In this document: piece after piece, positions 1 to 8,920 of the stretch
Numbering within the stretch: the stretch's first letter is position 1
Layout of the letters: every line of letters starts with the position of its first letter
DNA from: an uncultured Candidatus Saccharibacteria bacterium
Lineage (GTDB): Bacteria; Patescibacteriota; Minisyncoccia; Phycocordibacterales; DATDWN01
DNA: 64,000 nt
Direction: 5' to 3'
Assembly (NCBI GenBank): GCA_964576615.1
Contig: CAZNUU010000004.1
Span: 4,663 to 68,662 of the forward strand
Notes under the pieces: model-generated
What the model saw: the letters and a program-made list of their open reading frames with translations, nothing else
Database searches by the model: none
Told to the model about the DNA's origin: nothing
Made by a program: the position numbers and the translations under genes

Positions 1-400
1 CATTCGAAATATCCAATGCTCCTGATTTTGTTTCAAATGAGTAAGATAAATCTTTGTATCTTTCCCAGACTTTATTGAGACTTGCATGTGACACTAAGTA
101 GAGTTTCACTTCATAACCCTTACTTTTTATTTTTTCAATTGCTTCTTGTGTTTTAGGGTTATTGGGTGCGAGTACGCCAACACTTAAAACTCGGTTTACT
201 TCATTAAAAACAGCAAGTTGGGCTTCTCTTGTTTCAATCTCTGTTATTGCCCGTAGCGAGTCAATATCAATAGGTGTGACTGTAAGGTCAATGTAGGGGA
301 TACCATATCTATCAGATAAGGTTTGAGCTAGATTTTCCTCTTCTTGTTTTCGAAGGTCAGAGACACGTTTGTTCTGACTATCCTCGTCGAAAATAACCAT
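1..400 (-). CDS. Partial CDS (5' part, runs off the window start). The N-terminal domain of a type II secretion / type IV pilus assembly ATPase (GspE/PilB-like T2SSE_N).
   Basis: The reverse-strand translation from the ATG at complement 398-400 reads MVIFDEDSQNKRVSDLRKQEEENLAQTLSDRYGIPYIDLTVTPIDIDSLRAI... This resembles the N-terminal domain of GspE/PilB ATPases. It has no stop codon within the window, so it is absent from the ORF track. Confidence 0.45.
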   Translation of the reverse strand, partial: MVIFDEDSQNKRVSDLRKQEEENLAQTLSDRYGIPYIDLTVTPIDIDSLRAITEIETREAQLAVFNEVNRVLSVGVLAPNNPKTQEAIEKIKSKGYEVKLYLVSHASLNKVWERYKDLSYSFETKSGALDISN

Positions 401-467
401 ATCTAAATAATAACACACCTAATCCTAAGTAGGGTAAAAAAGCCTTTAAAATAAGGGCTTTTTCCGC

Positions 468-496
468 TTGACATAATATATTTTTTGGTATATAAT
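468..496 (+). promoter_or_regulatory. Sigma70-type consensus promoter for GC-rich cassette A: TTGACA, a 17-nt spacer, then TATAAT.
   Basis: TTGACA lies at 468-473, the spacer at 474-490 and TATAAT at 491-496. GGAGGT follows at 505-510 and the ATG at 516. Confidence 0.55.
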
Positions 497-515
497 TGGG
501 AACAGGAGGTGCGCA

Positions 516-1202
516 ATGACGCACAGATTGACATTGGTGGCCTTGGTGGCCTTGATTGCGTTCTCCGGGGCGGCGTATGCTCAGGAGAAGACGCCGGACG
601 CCTTGGAGGAGTTCATACTCGCAAAGAGTGTAACTCCGCAGGGCGAGACGCCGGAGGACAAGAAGGTCCGGATGCGGGCCATCGAACTTGCGGTGAAAGA
701 ACGCCTCGAACTTCTTGCGAAGGAGGCGCGCAAGTCCGAATCGCGCCTCGACAAAAAGGCGCGCGAGCAAGTCGAGAAGGAAGACAAGAACACTGCCAAG
801 CATGAGCATGAAGAGCGCAAGGCAATCTCACACGCGAACGTGGTCGGCTGTCCAGCAGACAGTGTCTGGGTCAGCTCGAATGCCGAGAACTACGATGTTT
901 TCAATGTCGGGGTGGAGCTGACCGTGGTCAACACGACGCCGCTTTACAAAGACATTCGAACATCGTTTCATGGTTTCGGCACCGTTGTTCGTGGGCTGTG
1001 CCCCGGCGGCTCGATCACGCTCTCCTTCAGACGCCAGATGGCGAAGGATAGCAGCAGCGTGCAAATACCGCTTGCTGCCGTGAGTGAACCGAATCCGGCT
1101 CAGGGGGTGATCGTCGAGGAGAGAAATTTCTACCTCAACGTATCCGACGTTCAGTACAATCGGGTGCGGAGCGAGACCTGGGAGCTCTACCGTCGTCAGT
1201 AA
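516..1202 (+). CDS. GC-rich secreted protein of unknown function (cassette A). It has a signal peptide, a Lys/Glu-rich coiled region and a C-terminal domain.
   Basis: A 228-aa ORF. Its N-terminus MTHRLTLVALVALIAFSGAAYAQE looks like a signal peptide. Its GC content is markedly higher than the flanking genes. It has its own consensus promoter and terminator. Confidence 0.6.
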   Translation: MTHRLTLVALVALIAFSGAAYAQEKTPDALEEFILAKSVTPQGETPEDKKVRMRAIELAVKERLELLAKEARKSESRLDKKAREQVEKEDKNTAKHEHEERKAISHANVVGCPADSVWVSSNAENYDVFNVGVELTVVNTTPLYKDIRTSFHGFGTVVRGLCPGGSITLSFRRQMAKDSSSVQIPLAAVSEPNPAQGVIVEERNFYLNVSDVQYNRVRSETWELYRRQ

Positions 1203-1214
1203 GTTCTTTGCACA

Positions 1215-1266
1215 CGCGGTGGCAATAGTGCCACCGCGAAGGTCGCCAGTAATGGCGGCTTTTTTC
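1215..1266 (+). terminator. Tandem hairpins ending in a T-run, serving as the terminator of cassette A.
   Basis: The first hairpin is cgcggtggc-aatagt-gccaccgcg at 1215-1238. The second is cgcca-gtaa-tggcg followed by cttttttcg at 1244-1266. Confidence 0.55.
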
Positions 1267-1293
1267 GTACTCTAAATATGCTAGTATTTTTTC

Positions 1294-1728
1294 ATGATTT
1301 ATACTTCCAATTCTCTCGAGGAAACAAAAAAAATAGCAGAGGATTTTGTCTCTAATCTTTCTCCAAAAGGTTCTGCAACAGTTGTCGGTCTTTATGGGAA
1401 TTTGGGTGCTGGTAAAACTACACTAACGCAGTTTTTAGCCAAAGCAGTAGGAATCGTTGAGACAGTAACTAGTCCAACTTTTGTAATAGAGAAAATTTAT
1501 GAGCTTCAAGATCAGAAATTTAAATTCCTGATTCACATCGATGCTTATCGCTTGGAAAAACCAGAAGAGTTGGTAAATCTGGGATGGAATAAAATTATTT
1601 CGGAAAGAGAGAACTTGATACTTATTGAATGGCCAGAAAATGTGCAGAATATTATGCCGGAGCATATAAAAATAAAATTAGAAACCCTTGAGGGTGAGAA
1701 TAAACGCCAAATAGAAATAGTAGATTAA
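1294..1728 (+). CDS. tsaE: tRNA threonylcarbamoyladenosine biosynthesis ATPase TsaE (YjeE).
   Basis: It has the P-loop GNLGAGKTT. Its size (144 aa) and the motif LIHIDAYRL are typical of TsaE. Confidence 0.75.
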   Translation: MIYTSNSLEETKKIAEDFVSNLSPKGSATVVGLYGNLGAGKTTLTQFLAKAVGIVETVTSPTFVIEKIYELQDQKFKFLIHIDAYRLEKPEELVNLGWNKIISERENLILIEWPENVQNIMPEHIKIKLETLEGENKRQIEIVD

Positions 1729-1737
1729 TGGAGTATC

Positions 1738-1800
1738 CCCTACACTAAGTTCAACATATTTTGCCAAACGAAGAAGTGATTTTTGTCTAAACTTAGTGTG
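1738..1800. repeat. Near-perfect 15-bp inverted repeat separated by ~33 nt, lying in the tsaE-polA intergenic region.
   Basis: cccctacactaagtt at 1738-1752 pairs with aacttagtgtggggg at 1786-1800. There is one mismatch. Confidence 0.4.
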
Positions 1801-1816
1801 GGGGTATACTTAGTTT

Positions 1817-4174
1817 GTGACCAAGTCTAAAGACAAAAAGACACTAGTCCTCCTCGATGTGCACGCCATAATTCATCGAGCTTATCATGCTCTGCCCGAG
1901 TTCCAATCCTCTCAGGGCGAGCCAACGGGAGCTCTCTATGGTCTTTGCACCATGCTCATCAAGTTGGTTAAGGATTTAAAACCGGACTATCTTATTGCTT
2001 GCTACGATTTACCGGGTGAGACTGTTAGGCACAAAGTTTATAAAGAATATAAAGGCACTAGAAAAGAGATTGATGATGCACTAATAACTCAGCTTGAAAA
2101 ATCAAAAGATGTTTTCAAGGCCCTAAATATTCCGATGTATTCTCATCCAGGTTTTGAGGCCGATGACATGCTCGGCACAATTACTCAGGCTGTTTCCAAA
2201 GATAAAAACATTGATGTAGTCATTGCTTCGGGAGATATGGATACGATGCAGCTCATATCTGGTGAGAAGGTAAGAGTTTATACTTTGCGCAAGGGAATAA
2301 AGGATACTGTCATTTATGACGAAAAAGGAATCATCGAGAGGTTTAAATTTCCACCCAAGTACTTTCCTGATTACAAAGGTTTACGTGGGGATCCATCGGA
2401 TAACATAATCGGCATAGCTGGCATTGGCGAAAAAACAGCCGAGGAACTCATCGTAAAGTTTGGTTCTATTGAAGATATTTATAAAAGACTAAGGAAAGGT
2501 GAGAAAGATTTTATTAAGGCAGGTATAAAACCAAGAATCATCGAGCTTTTAAAACAAGGTGAAGAAGAAGCCTTGTTTTCTAAGATGCTCGCAACTATTA
2601 GGCGAGATGCACCGATTAAATTTAAATTACCTGAAAAACCTTGGGAGGAAGATGTAGATATTCAAAAGGTTGAAAAGCTATTTGTGGAATTGGAGTTTAG
2701 AACACTGGCGACAAAAGTAGCCGAAGTTTTATCAATCGAAGTTGAAAAAAAGGAAGAAAAAGAAGAAAATCCGGATGAAGCTTATGATACTGCTCTCATG
2801 CTCTGGGTAGTTGATTCTAGTAAAACTACGCCAACTTTAGAGGATGCACTTTCTTATACCAGGACAAATACTCTATCTGATGCCAGAAAAGCCCTAGAGA
2901 AAATTATTAAAGACCAGGATCTCTCATTTGTTTTAGATAAGATCGAACGCCCTCTTATTCCGATAATAAAAGAGATGAAAGAAGTAGGCATAAAAATTGA
3001 TGCTGATTTTCTGGACGATTTATCCAAAAAATATCATAGAGAACTAAATAGTCTTGAAAAAAAAATCTGGAAAATAACAGGTGAAGAATTTAATATCGCT
3101 TCCCCAAAACAGTTGGGCGAGATGCTCTTTGTCAAAATGGGTATTAAAACAAAGGGTCAAAAAAAGACAGCCACTGGTGGATTTTCAACCAAGGAATCAG
3201 AATTGGAAAAACTAAAAGACGAGTATCCTATCGCCTCACTTGTACTAGATTATCGGGAATTGGCAAAGCTTTTGGGTACTTATATCGATACTATCCCAAA
3301 ACTTTTAGATAAAAATGAGAGGCTTCACCCAGAATTTTTGCAAGCCGGATCTGCTACAGGCAGAATGGCTAGCCAAAATCCGGGAGTTCAAAATATTCCG
3401 ATTAAAACAGAATTAGGCAGGGAAATTCGCAAGGCTTTTATTGCGGAGAAGGGTTACAAGATTGTTTCATTTGATTACTCCCAAATTGAACTTCGGATCG
3501 CCGCATTTCTGTCCGGTGATAAGAAATTAATTGAGATTTTCAAGAAAGGCGAAGATGTTCATACGGCTGTGGCGTGCGAAGTTTTTGGGGTTAATCCGGA
3601 TGAGGTAACCAAGGCCATGAGATCTCAAGCTAAAGTTATAAACTTTGGTGTCATGTATGGTATGGGGGTAACGGCACTGCAGAAAAATATTGGTACAAAT
3701 AGAGAAGAAGCGCAGAAGTTTTTAAATGAGTATTTCAAAAAATTCTCTGGTTTAGCGGAATATTTAGAGAAAATTAAAAGGCAGACAAGTCAAAAAGGTT
3801 ATACCGAAACGTTTTATGGCAGAAGAAGATATTTTCCAGAAATTCACTCCAGACTCCCATTTATGAAAGCCGCTGCAGAGAGAATGGCAGTTAACGCGCC
3901 TATTCAAGGTACAGAGGCAGACATAATCAAACTGGCCATGATTGAGATCGATAAGGTCCTAGCTTTCAAAAAAATAAAAAAAGATGTGAGACTTTTGCTT
4001 CAAGTTCACGATGAACTTGTCTACGAGATTAAGGTTGATCTGGTCGAAAAAATTGCACCGGAAATAAGGAATATAATGGAAAATGTCCTGCCGCCTGGTA
4101 AGGCTTCTGGAGTAGTCATGGCGGCTGAAGCCAATGCGGGGGATAATTGGGGTGAGTTGAAGAAGTTGCTATAA
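1817..4174 (+). CDS. polA: DNA polymerase I. It has a 5' nuclease domain and a family A polymerase domain, and is short (785 aa).
   Basis: The 5' nuclease N-terminus reads LLDVHAIIHRAYHAL. The polymerase motifs DYSQIELRIAAFLSGD and QVHDELV are present. It has a probable GTG start. Confidence 0.9.
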   Translation: MTKSKDKKTLVLLDVHAIIHRAYHALPEFQSSQGEPTGALYGLCTMLIKLVKDLKPDYLIACYDLPGETVRHKVYKEYKGTRKEIDDALITQLEKSKDVFKALNIPMYSHPGFEADDMLGTITQAVSKDKNIDVVIASGDMDTMQLISGEKVRVYTLRKGIKDTVIYDEKGIIERFKFPPKYFPDYKGLRGDPSDNIIGIAGIGEKTAEELIVKFGSIEDIYKRLRKGEKDFIKAGIKPRIIELLKQGEEEALFSKMLATIRRDAPIKFKLPEKPWEEDVDIQKVEKLFVELEFRTLATKVAEVLSIEVEKKEEKEENPDEAYDTALMLWVVDSSKTTPTLEDALSYTRTNTLSDARKALEKIIKDQDLSFVLDKIERPLIPIIKEMKEVGIKIDADFLDDLSKKYHRELNSLEKKIWKITGEEFNIASPKQLGEMLFVKMGIKTKGQKKTATGGFSTKESELEKLKDEYPIASLVLDYRELAKLLGTYIDTIPKLLDKNERLHPEFLQAGSATGRMASQNPGVQNIPIKTELGREIRKAFIAEKGYKIVSFDYSQIELRIAAFLSGDKKLIEIFKKGEDVHTAVACEVFGVNPDEVTKAMRSQAKVINFGVMYGMGVTALQKNIGTNREEAQKFLNEYFKKFSGLAEYLEKIKRQTSQKGYTETFYGRRRYFPEIHSRLPFMKAAAERMAVNAPIQGTEADIIKLAMIEIDKVLAFKKIKKDVRLLLQVHDELVYEIKVDLVEKIAPEIRNIMENVLPPGKASGVVMAAEANAGDNWGELKKLL

Positions 4175-4289
4175 TTCAGAGAGCAAAAACAAATTTTCTG
4201 GAGCACGGATATTTTCTTACTGGAAAATTCCTCGTGCTCGCGCCGTCGCGCTCCCAAGTCTCCAGAAAACTTATTTTTGCTCTCTGAAT
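4174..4289 (+). repeat. Copy 1 of the conserved-core element. A ~56-nt core is flanked by a 30-bp inverted repeat with 2 mismatches, and the element fills the entire polA-holA intergenic space.
   Basis: The left inverted repeat attcagagagcaaaaacaaattttctggag lies at 4174-4203. The core cacggatattttcttactggaaaattcctcgtgctcgcgccgtcgcgctcccaagt follows. The right inverted repeat ctccagaaaacttatttttgctctctgaat lies at 4260-4289. The next ATG is at 4290. Confidence 0.7.
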
Positions 4290-5012
4290 ATGCTTTATTT
4301 AATTTTCGGTACAGATACAGAAAAGTCTCGCAGAAAGCTCCATGAGCTTTTAGATTCGGCGCAGAAAAAAAGACCAGGCTCGGAGCTATTTAGGATGAAT
4401 ACAGAAAGTTGGGTCGAGGGCAGGTTTGATGAGCTAGTTGTCTCCCAGGGTTTGTTTGAACAGAAATACACTGTTGTTTTGGACAATTTATTTGAAAGAA
4501 AAGAAGTAAAGGATTATGTGTTGGATAGGATTAAGGAAGTGGCAGAATCAAAACAAGTATTCCTCATGCTGGAAAGCAAAATTGATGCGGCTACTCTAAC
4601 TAAAATAAAAAAGGTTGCAAAACAGGTCCAGGAATTTGAAAAAAAAGATGAAGATAAGTTTAGAAAACCAACTGGAAGTATATTTTCGATTGCAGATGGT
4701 TTAGTAAGTAAAGACAAGAAAAAACTTTGGACAAAATTTATTGATTTTATTTACAAAGGTACAGCTCCAGAGGAGATCCATGGAATTTTTTTCTGGCAAG
4801 TAAAAAATATGATTATCTCTCTTAAATCCAGTACTTTAGCAGAAACTGGTCTTTCTCCCTTTGTTTATAAAAATGCCTTAAACGGTTCAAAAAATTATAA
4901 AATAGAAGAACTCCAAAACATGTCTTCCGATTTGGTACAAATGACCCACAGAGTTCGTCAGGGTGAAGGGGATTTGGAAATTATGCTAGAGAAGTGGATA
5001 CTTTCACTTTAG
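4290..5012 (+). CDS. holA: Putative DNA polymerase III delta subunit (HolA-like).
   Basis: The N-terminus MLYLIFGTDTEKSRRKL resembles the HolA N-terminal LYLLYGE motif. Its position after polA fits. It is short (240 aa). Confidence 0.4.
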   Translation: MLYLIFGTDTEKSRRKLHELLDSAQKKRPGSELFRMNTESWVEGRFDELVVSQGLFEQKYTVVLDNLFERKEVKDYVLDRIKEVAESKQVFLMLESKIDAATLTKIKKVAKQVQEFEKKDEDKFRKPTGSIFSIADGLVSKDKKKLWTKFIDFIYKGTAPEEIHGIFFWQVKNMIISLKSSTLAETGLSPFVYKNALNGSKNYKIEELQNMSSDLVQMTHRVRQGEGDLEIMLEKWILSL

Positions 5013-5042
5013 TATGTTAACTTTTTTGAAGAGGTGGTATTT

Positions 5043-5234
5043 ATGCGCCGAGATCGGCAATTTGCGGTTACTCTGTCGTCAGAGGAGGAGAAGAGGGCCA
5101 TAAGGCTTCTAAAGGAAAGCGAGTTTTCCATAAAAGCCATCGCTGTGCGACTGGGGAAGAATGAGGCTCTGATCCGTGACTTAAACCACCGAGAGCAGAT
5201 CAGATCACAAGGGTGGCATGGTCCTTCATGTTAG
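5043..5234 (+). CDS. Small helix-turn-helix-like protein (63 aa) with moderately elevated GC, possibly another cassette (B).
   Basis: The RBS GAGGTGG lies 5 nt before the ATG at 5043. The segment FSIKAIAVRLGKNEALIRDL looks like an HTH. It is followed by a hairpin terminator. Confidence 0.4.
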   Translation: MRRDRQFAVTLSSEEEKRAIRLLKESEFSIKAIAVRLGKNEALIRDLNHREQIRSQGWHGPSC

Positions 5235-5243
5235 CTCTTATGC

Positions 5244-5279
5244 AATGCGGTCACTGAAAATGGCCGCATTCTCTTTTTG
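5244..5279 (+). terminator. Hairpin followed by a T-run.
   Basis: The hairpin is aatgcgg-(13 nt)-ccgcatt, followed by ctctttttg. Confidence 0.45.
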
Positions 5280-5467
5280 TTGATTTTTAGCCTTTTTTCT
5301 TGTATATTTTTCGAGTAGCTAAAGTAATCATGGTCAGGGATATTCTGTTCGCCGACGCGAACAGAATTCCACGACCCTGCCTCACTTGTTTTTTCTACTG
5401 AAAAAACATAGTTCCGGCTCGCATAAGTCTTTGAGAAATCAAAGCAGTTTGATTACTCAAAGCTTAT

Positions 5468-5540
5468 GCGCCCATAACTCAGCTGGTAGAGTAGCTCCCT
5501 TTTAAGGAGAAAGTCGCAGGTCCGATTCCTGCTGGGCGCA
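5468..5540 (+). tRNA. tRNA-Lys, anticodon UUU.
   Basis: The cloverleaf has the acceptor stem GCGCCCA/TGGGCGC and the anticodon loop CTTTTAA. The T-arm is GCAGG-TCCGATT-CCTGC. No CCA is encoded. Confidence 0.8.
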
Positions 5541-5544
5541 CACG

Positions 5545-5575
5545 ACGAATAAAATTCCCTGAACGGGAATTTTTT
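5545..5575 (+). terminator. Hairpin and T-run immediately after tRNA-Lys. It is the first part of the conserved tRNA tail.
   Basis: aaaattccct-gaac-gggaatttttt. Confidence 0.6.
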
Positions 5576-5679
5576 CGTACGTGTGCGAGACGGAGCGCGT
5601 CGTCTGCTCAGGCAGACCCACAAGCGAGTCCGGGTCGGGAAAGTTTTTAGTAAAAAACTATTCCTGACCACATGACTTT

Positions 5680-6378
5680 TTGATTCTATTTGATATAGTT
5701 TTGCTACAAATGAATCTAGAAGAATTTAAAAAGCAGTATGTTATTGGCGAGCTTGGTATAAGCAAGTCTTATGGAAAGATAATGACTGTTATAGATTTTG
5801 GGAATGTTAATTATTGGTTTAATGAGGATAGGCAAGATTCCGAGAATAAGCTTCTGAAAGACGATGAAAAATTTAGGATAAAATTACCAGCCCTTTATGA
5901 CTTTATATCTCTGTTTTCTGACCATGTGCGTTTTTATTATGGTCATGATCCTTCTAGACATGAATCTATTGGCTTTCTTTCAGCAACAAGATCTATATTT
6001 GGTAAAAAAGTATTTACAAAACCAATCCAAAAAGTCAGACATCATCTTTCGCCTGAAGAAATATTTTCAAATAAAAGGGACACATTTTCTGATGGTGAGG
6101 GTGTTTATGTGCATGTTCCAAAATGTAATTTTGATGTAGAAATATCAGTGGACTCGATGCGTCTTTTAGATCAATATGACACATTAGCCTTATTCTCTAG
6201 TGATGCTGATTTTATTAGTTTAATTCGCTTTTTAAAAGGAAAAGGTAAGAAAATTATTTTATTTAAGGGAGGGTTTATTTCTTCTGATTTAAGAAAAGGA
6301 GTTGATAAGATAATAAATGCTCAAAATATTAAGAGACACATTGCTGAGGTCGTAAAAAAGCAAAAACCTGGCATTTAG
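5680..6378 (+). CDS. NYN / LabA-like domain protein.
   Basis: The motif VIDFGNVNYW and the C-terminal LFSSDADFISLIRFLKGKGKKIILF are typical of NYN/LabA proteins (PF01936-like). The true start may be a downstream Met. Confidence 0.55.
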   Translation: MILFDIVLLQMNLEEFKKQYVIGELGISKSYGKIMTVIDFGNVNYWFNEDRQDSENKLLKDDEKFRIKLPALYDFISLFSDHVRFYYGHDPSRHESIGFLSATRSIFGKKVFTKPIQKVRHHLSPEEIFSNKRDTFSDGEGVYVHVPKCNFDVEISVDSMRLLDQYDTLALFSSDADFISLIRFLKGKGKKIILFKGGFISSDLRKGVDKIINAQNIKRHIAEVVKKQKPGI

Positions 6379-6390
6379 CCAGGTTTTGCG
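6364..6390 (+). terminator. Hairpin plus T-run overlapping the stop codon.
   Basis: aacctggc-attta-gccaggttttg. Confidence 0.55.
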
Positions 6391-6509
6391 AACCGATAAC
6401 CCGTATCCACGGGCAGGTATGTAAAGTCTATATCAGTTAAATGAAAATTTCAAGAAGTTGGGGATAATGAATATATTATAGACACAAAAACCCTAATTAT
6501 AAGCTATAT

Positions 6510-6564
6510 AACTTGTGGGGAAATTAAAATGGCTGTTACAGCCATTTTAATTTCCCCACAAGTT
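6510..6564. repeat. Perfect 26-bp palindrome with a 3-nt spacer. It spans the predicted ATG at 6529.
   Basis: acttgtggggaaattaaaatggctg-tta-cagccattttaatttccccacaagt. Confidence 0.8.
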
Positions 6565-7050
6565 GGTGTACAGCTCACAAGTACAAACATTTGTGTCGCA
6601 ATTAGAGATTTTGATATAGAAATTAATGATTTTTTAGAGGGCATCAAAGTTCTTATTAAGTATATCAAAAAACAGAGAAAAAATAAATTTATTGGTATAA
6701 TTAATTTGATGCCGAATAATAGACCTACTCCTCAAGTACTAGAATTAGTTGACGCTCTTAGAAAAAGAGGAGTGGAACTAGAAGTCGAACATTGGGATGG
6801 ACACAAACACATTGACGTCTACATTCCCAAAGATAATTTATATATCGAAGTCGATGGAATGCATCATACAACTAAACCTGAAACTATTATTTCCGATTTA
6901 AATCGTGACTATTTCTCATTTAAGGATGGATTTTTTACCAAACATATAACAAATGAAGCTATCGATACTCATTTAGATGAGATAGCTGATGCAATAGCCC
7001 ATGTCGCCAAAAACGCACCTAATAAAATTGGTGAAAACCTACATTCCTGA
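6529..7050 (+). CDS. DUF559 / Vsr-like (PD-(D/E)xK) endonuclease-domain protein. The N-terminal extent is uncertain.
   Basis: The C-terminal segment HKHIDVYIPKDNLYIEVDGMHH resembles the DUF559 endonuclease fold. The first 12 codons are encoded by the palindrome, so the real start may be a downstream Met, for example MPNNR. Confidence 0.4.
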   Translation: MAVTAILISPQVGVQLTSTNICVAIRDFDIEINDFLEGIKVLIKYIKKQRKNKFIGIINLMPNNRPTPQVLELVDALRKRGVELEVEHWDGHKHIDVYIPKDNLYIEVDGMHHTTKPETIISDLNRDYFSFKDGFFTKHITNEAIDTHLDEIADAIAHVAKNAPNKIGENLHS

Positions 7051-7053
7051 TAT

Positions 7054-7437
7054 CTACAATGGATAATCAAAAGCGAAAGCGCCTGGACCGGTAAGGAGAA
7101 GAGAGATTAAAATAAGTTCCATGAGGACCATAAGAGCAATTTTTTCCCGAGGAACGGGACCAGCTTTTCTTTCTGTCCAATAATCAAATTTGATTAACAG
7201 GATTGCAACCACTGCTGCGATCTGGGTATAAAGACCCACGATAATCATTATGCTGGAGACGATATAAAAGATCCCTGTCCAACCATAGTCTTTCCTACTT
7301 CTGTCCACACCTGCAAGAAGACGCAACCCCCCGATTCCTATTCGCAAAATCGTTGGAGCAAAAAAGCCATAATTTAGAAGTAGGGGAAAAACAGTAAGTA
7401 TATGCATAAAAATATTATATGTTATATTGCTTTCCAT
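7054..7437 (-). CDS. DoxX family membrane protein.
   Basis: Four predicted TM segments. The motif LRIGIGGLRLLAGVDRSRK is DoxX-like. Confidence 0.55.
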   Translation of the reverse strand: MESNITYNIFMHILTVFPLLLNYGFFAPTILRIGIGGLRLLAGVDRSRKDYGWTGIFYIVSSIMIIVGLYTQIAAVVAILLIKFDYWTERKAGPVPREKIALMVLMELILISLLLTGPGAFAFDYPL

Positions 7438-7915
7438 GACAAAGCCGAAAGAAGTTGTGGTTTTACTTCACAATATTCGTAGTACTCATAACGTTGGCTC
7501 TATTTTTCGAACATCTGACGCTCTAGGGGTATCAAAAATTTATATCTCAGGTTACACCCCAACCCCAATTGATAGATTTAATAGACCGAGAAAAGGTATT
7601 GCTAAGGTCTCTCTGGGTGCTGAAAAAAGTATTGCTTGGGAATACCTGAAAGACCCGAAGTCTATTTTAAAGAAGCTAAAGCAAGGAGGTTTTGAAATTG
7701 TGGCCTTGGAACAAGCTAAAGGTTCCAAAAACTATAAAAATATAAAAGTTAAAAATAAGACGGTTTTTGTTGTCGGAAACGAAGTCGAGGGTATCTCTCG
7801 AAACTTACTTAAACTGTCCGACATCATTGTCGAGATTCCAATGAAGGGTGAGAAGGAATCTCTAAATGTCTCTGTCGCCTTTGCAGTGGCACTTTTTCGG
7901 ATACTAGATCAATAA
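7427..7915 (+). CDS. SpoU/TrmH-class RNA 2'-O-methyltransferase.
   Basis: The motifs LLHNIRSTHNVGSIFRTSDALG and VVGNEVEGIS, and the SPOUT knot motifs, are present. 162 aa. Confidence 0.75.
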   Translation: MLSMTKPKEVVVLLHNIRSTHNVGSIFRTSDALGVSKIYISGYTPTPIDRFNRPRKGIAKVSLGAEKSIAWEYLKDPKSILKKLKQGGFEIVALEQAKGSKNYKNIKVKNKTVFVVGNEVEGISRNLLKLSDIIVEIPMKGEKESLNVSVAFAVALFRILDQ

Positions 7916-8793
7916 CTTATTGAATCCACTATTTTTCCTAGATTGTCATATAATGTAAGCGTCTCGCGGCGGTCCCTCCAAACGCTTCCCGTGTGTTTTA
8001 AATAAACTCTCCATTCATTGCCATAAAAATCGCGGTCGTTTTTGTGTCTATCGACGCAAGATGGATAATTAATTTTTGTATAGATAAAGTTGTTACATTC
8101 ATAGCTAAAACTTGGCGGCAAATTGTCAGTTTGGATTCGGCAAGATGGCATGGAATCAATATAGTCAAAACACGTATCATTTACCGGTGTATTTGGGATA
8201 GAGGAGAGGTCTTCATTTCTAGGAGCAGGACAAGAAGAAGTAATATATGGAATAAAAGTTTGAAATTGAGAAAGATAACCAGAGCATTTGTTTGATTTGA
8301 AGCCTACTCCTACTGGAGAAATTCCAGAGACAACATAGAGATAATCTCCTGAGTTCAGATAGATATTTTGTTCGGAGTTAATTGTAGATGTATAAAAGAG
8401 ATAAGCGCCTTTTGGAATTTGAACTGTTGTGTTGGTGGGGGATTCTTTAAGTGTCCAACCGGTTACGGGAATTGATTCGCTATCATAACTACTGTCTCTT
8501 ATAGCCACATATTCCTGAGATGGATCGTTTGCGTGGCTCACATATAGGAGGGAAACCTTACCTTTATAAACTGAATTTAGCTTTTTATCCTCCTCAACTT
8601 GGATTTTTTTCTGCAAATCTTCAACCTGGCTTTGAGCGTCGTTTACTCCCTCCTGGATGGTAACGTATTTTTGTTCAGGGGTTCTGGCTTCACCTGAGAC
8701 AAGACCATTGTGGTGGGCCCCAGTAGCTCCGCCAAAAAGTAGGGCAGCTATTACTATGCCTAAAATCAAAAGTCCTAATAGGCCATCGTTCAT
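7909..8793 (-). CDS. Membrane-anchored secreted protein with a Cys-rich C-terminal domain. Function unknown.
   Basis: An N-terminal TM segment (LLGLLILGIVIAALLF). Many Cys residues in the C-terminal half. Confidence 0.5.
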   Translation of the reverse strand: MNDGLLGLLILGIVIAALLFGGATGAHHNGLVSGEARTPEQKYVTIQEGVNDAQSQVEDLQKKIQVEEDKKLNSVYKGKVSLLYVSHANDPSQEYVAIRDSSYDSESIPVTGWTLKESPTNTTVQIPKGAYLFYTSTINSEQNIYLNSGDYLYVVSGISPVGVGFKSNKCSGYLSQFQTFIPYITSSCPAPRNEDLSSIPNTPVNDTCFDYIDSMPSCRIQTDNLPPSFSYECNNFIYTKINYPSCVDRHKNDRDFYGNEWRVYLKHTGSVWRDRRETLTLYDNLGKIVDSISY

Positions 8794-8816
8794 GAGTTAA
8801 TTTTATAACAGAATTT

Positions 8817-8916
8817 AACAAATTACATTATTTTGGAGACTTGCGAGCACGACGGCGCGAGCACGAGGAATTTTCTAGCAAGAAAATATCCGTGCTCCAA
8901 AATAATGTAATTTGTT
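8817..8916 (-). repeat. Copy 2 of the conserved-core element, in reverse orientation. It is flanked by a perfect 22-bp inverted repeat.
   Basis: aacaaattacattattttggag lies at 8817-8838 and ctccaaaataatgtaatttgtt at 8895-8916. Between them is the reverse complement of cacggatattttcttgctagaaaattcctcgtgctcgcgccgtcgtgctcgcaagt. Confidence 0.7.
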
Positions 8917-8920
8917 ATTG

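Noticed and set aside
378-1064. Alternative-frame and antisense ORFs in cassette A: 378-809, 485-805, 581-820, 613-831, 715-921 and 828-1064.
   Set aside because: High GC produces long spurious ORFs. Only frame 516-1202 has a promoter, an SD and a signal peptide.
1817-4174. PolA is short (785 aa), possibly lacking the 3'-5' proofreading exonuclease.
   Set aside because: Compact PolA variants are common in reduced genomes. Motif-level inspection of the exonuclease region is inconclusive without alignment.
5453-5671. ORFs overlapping tRNA genes: 5453-5671, 15857-16159 and 20464-20694.
   Set aside because: They cover well-formed tRNA cloverleafs and GC-rich trailers. They have no RBS.
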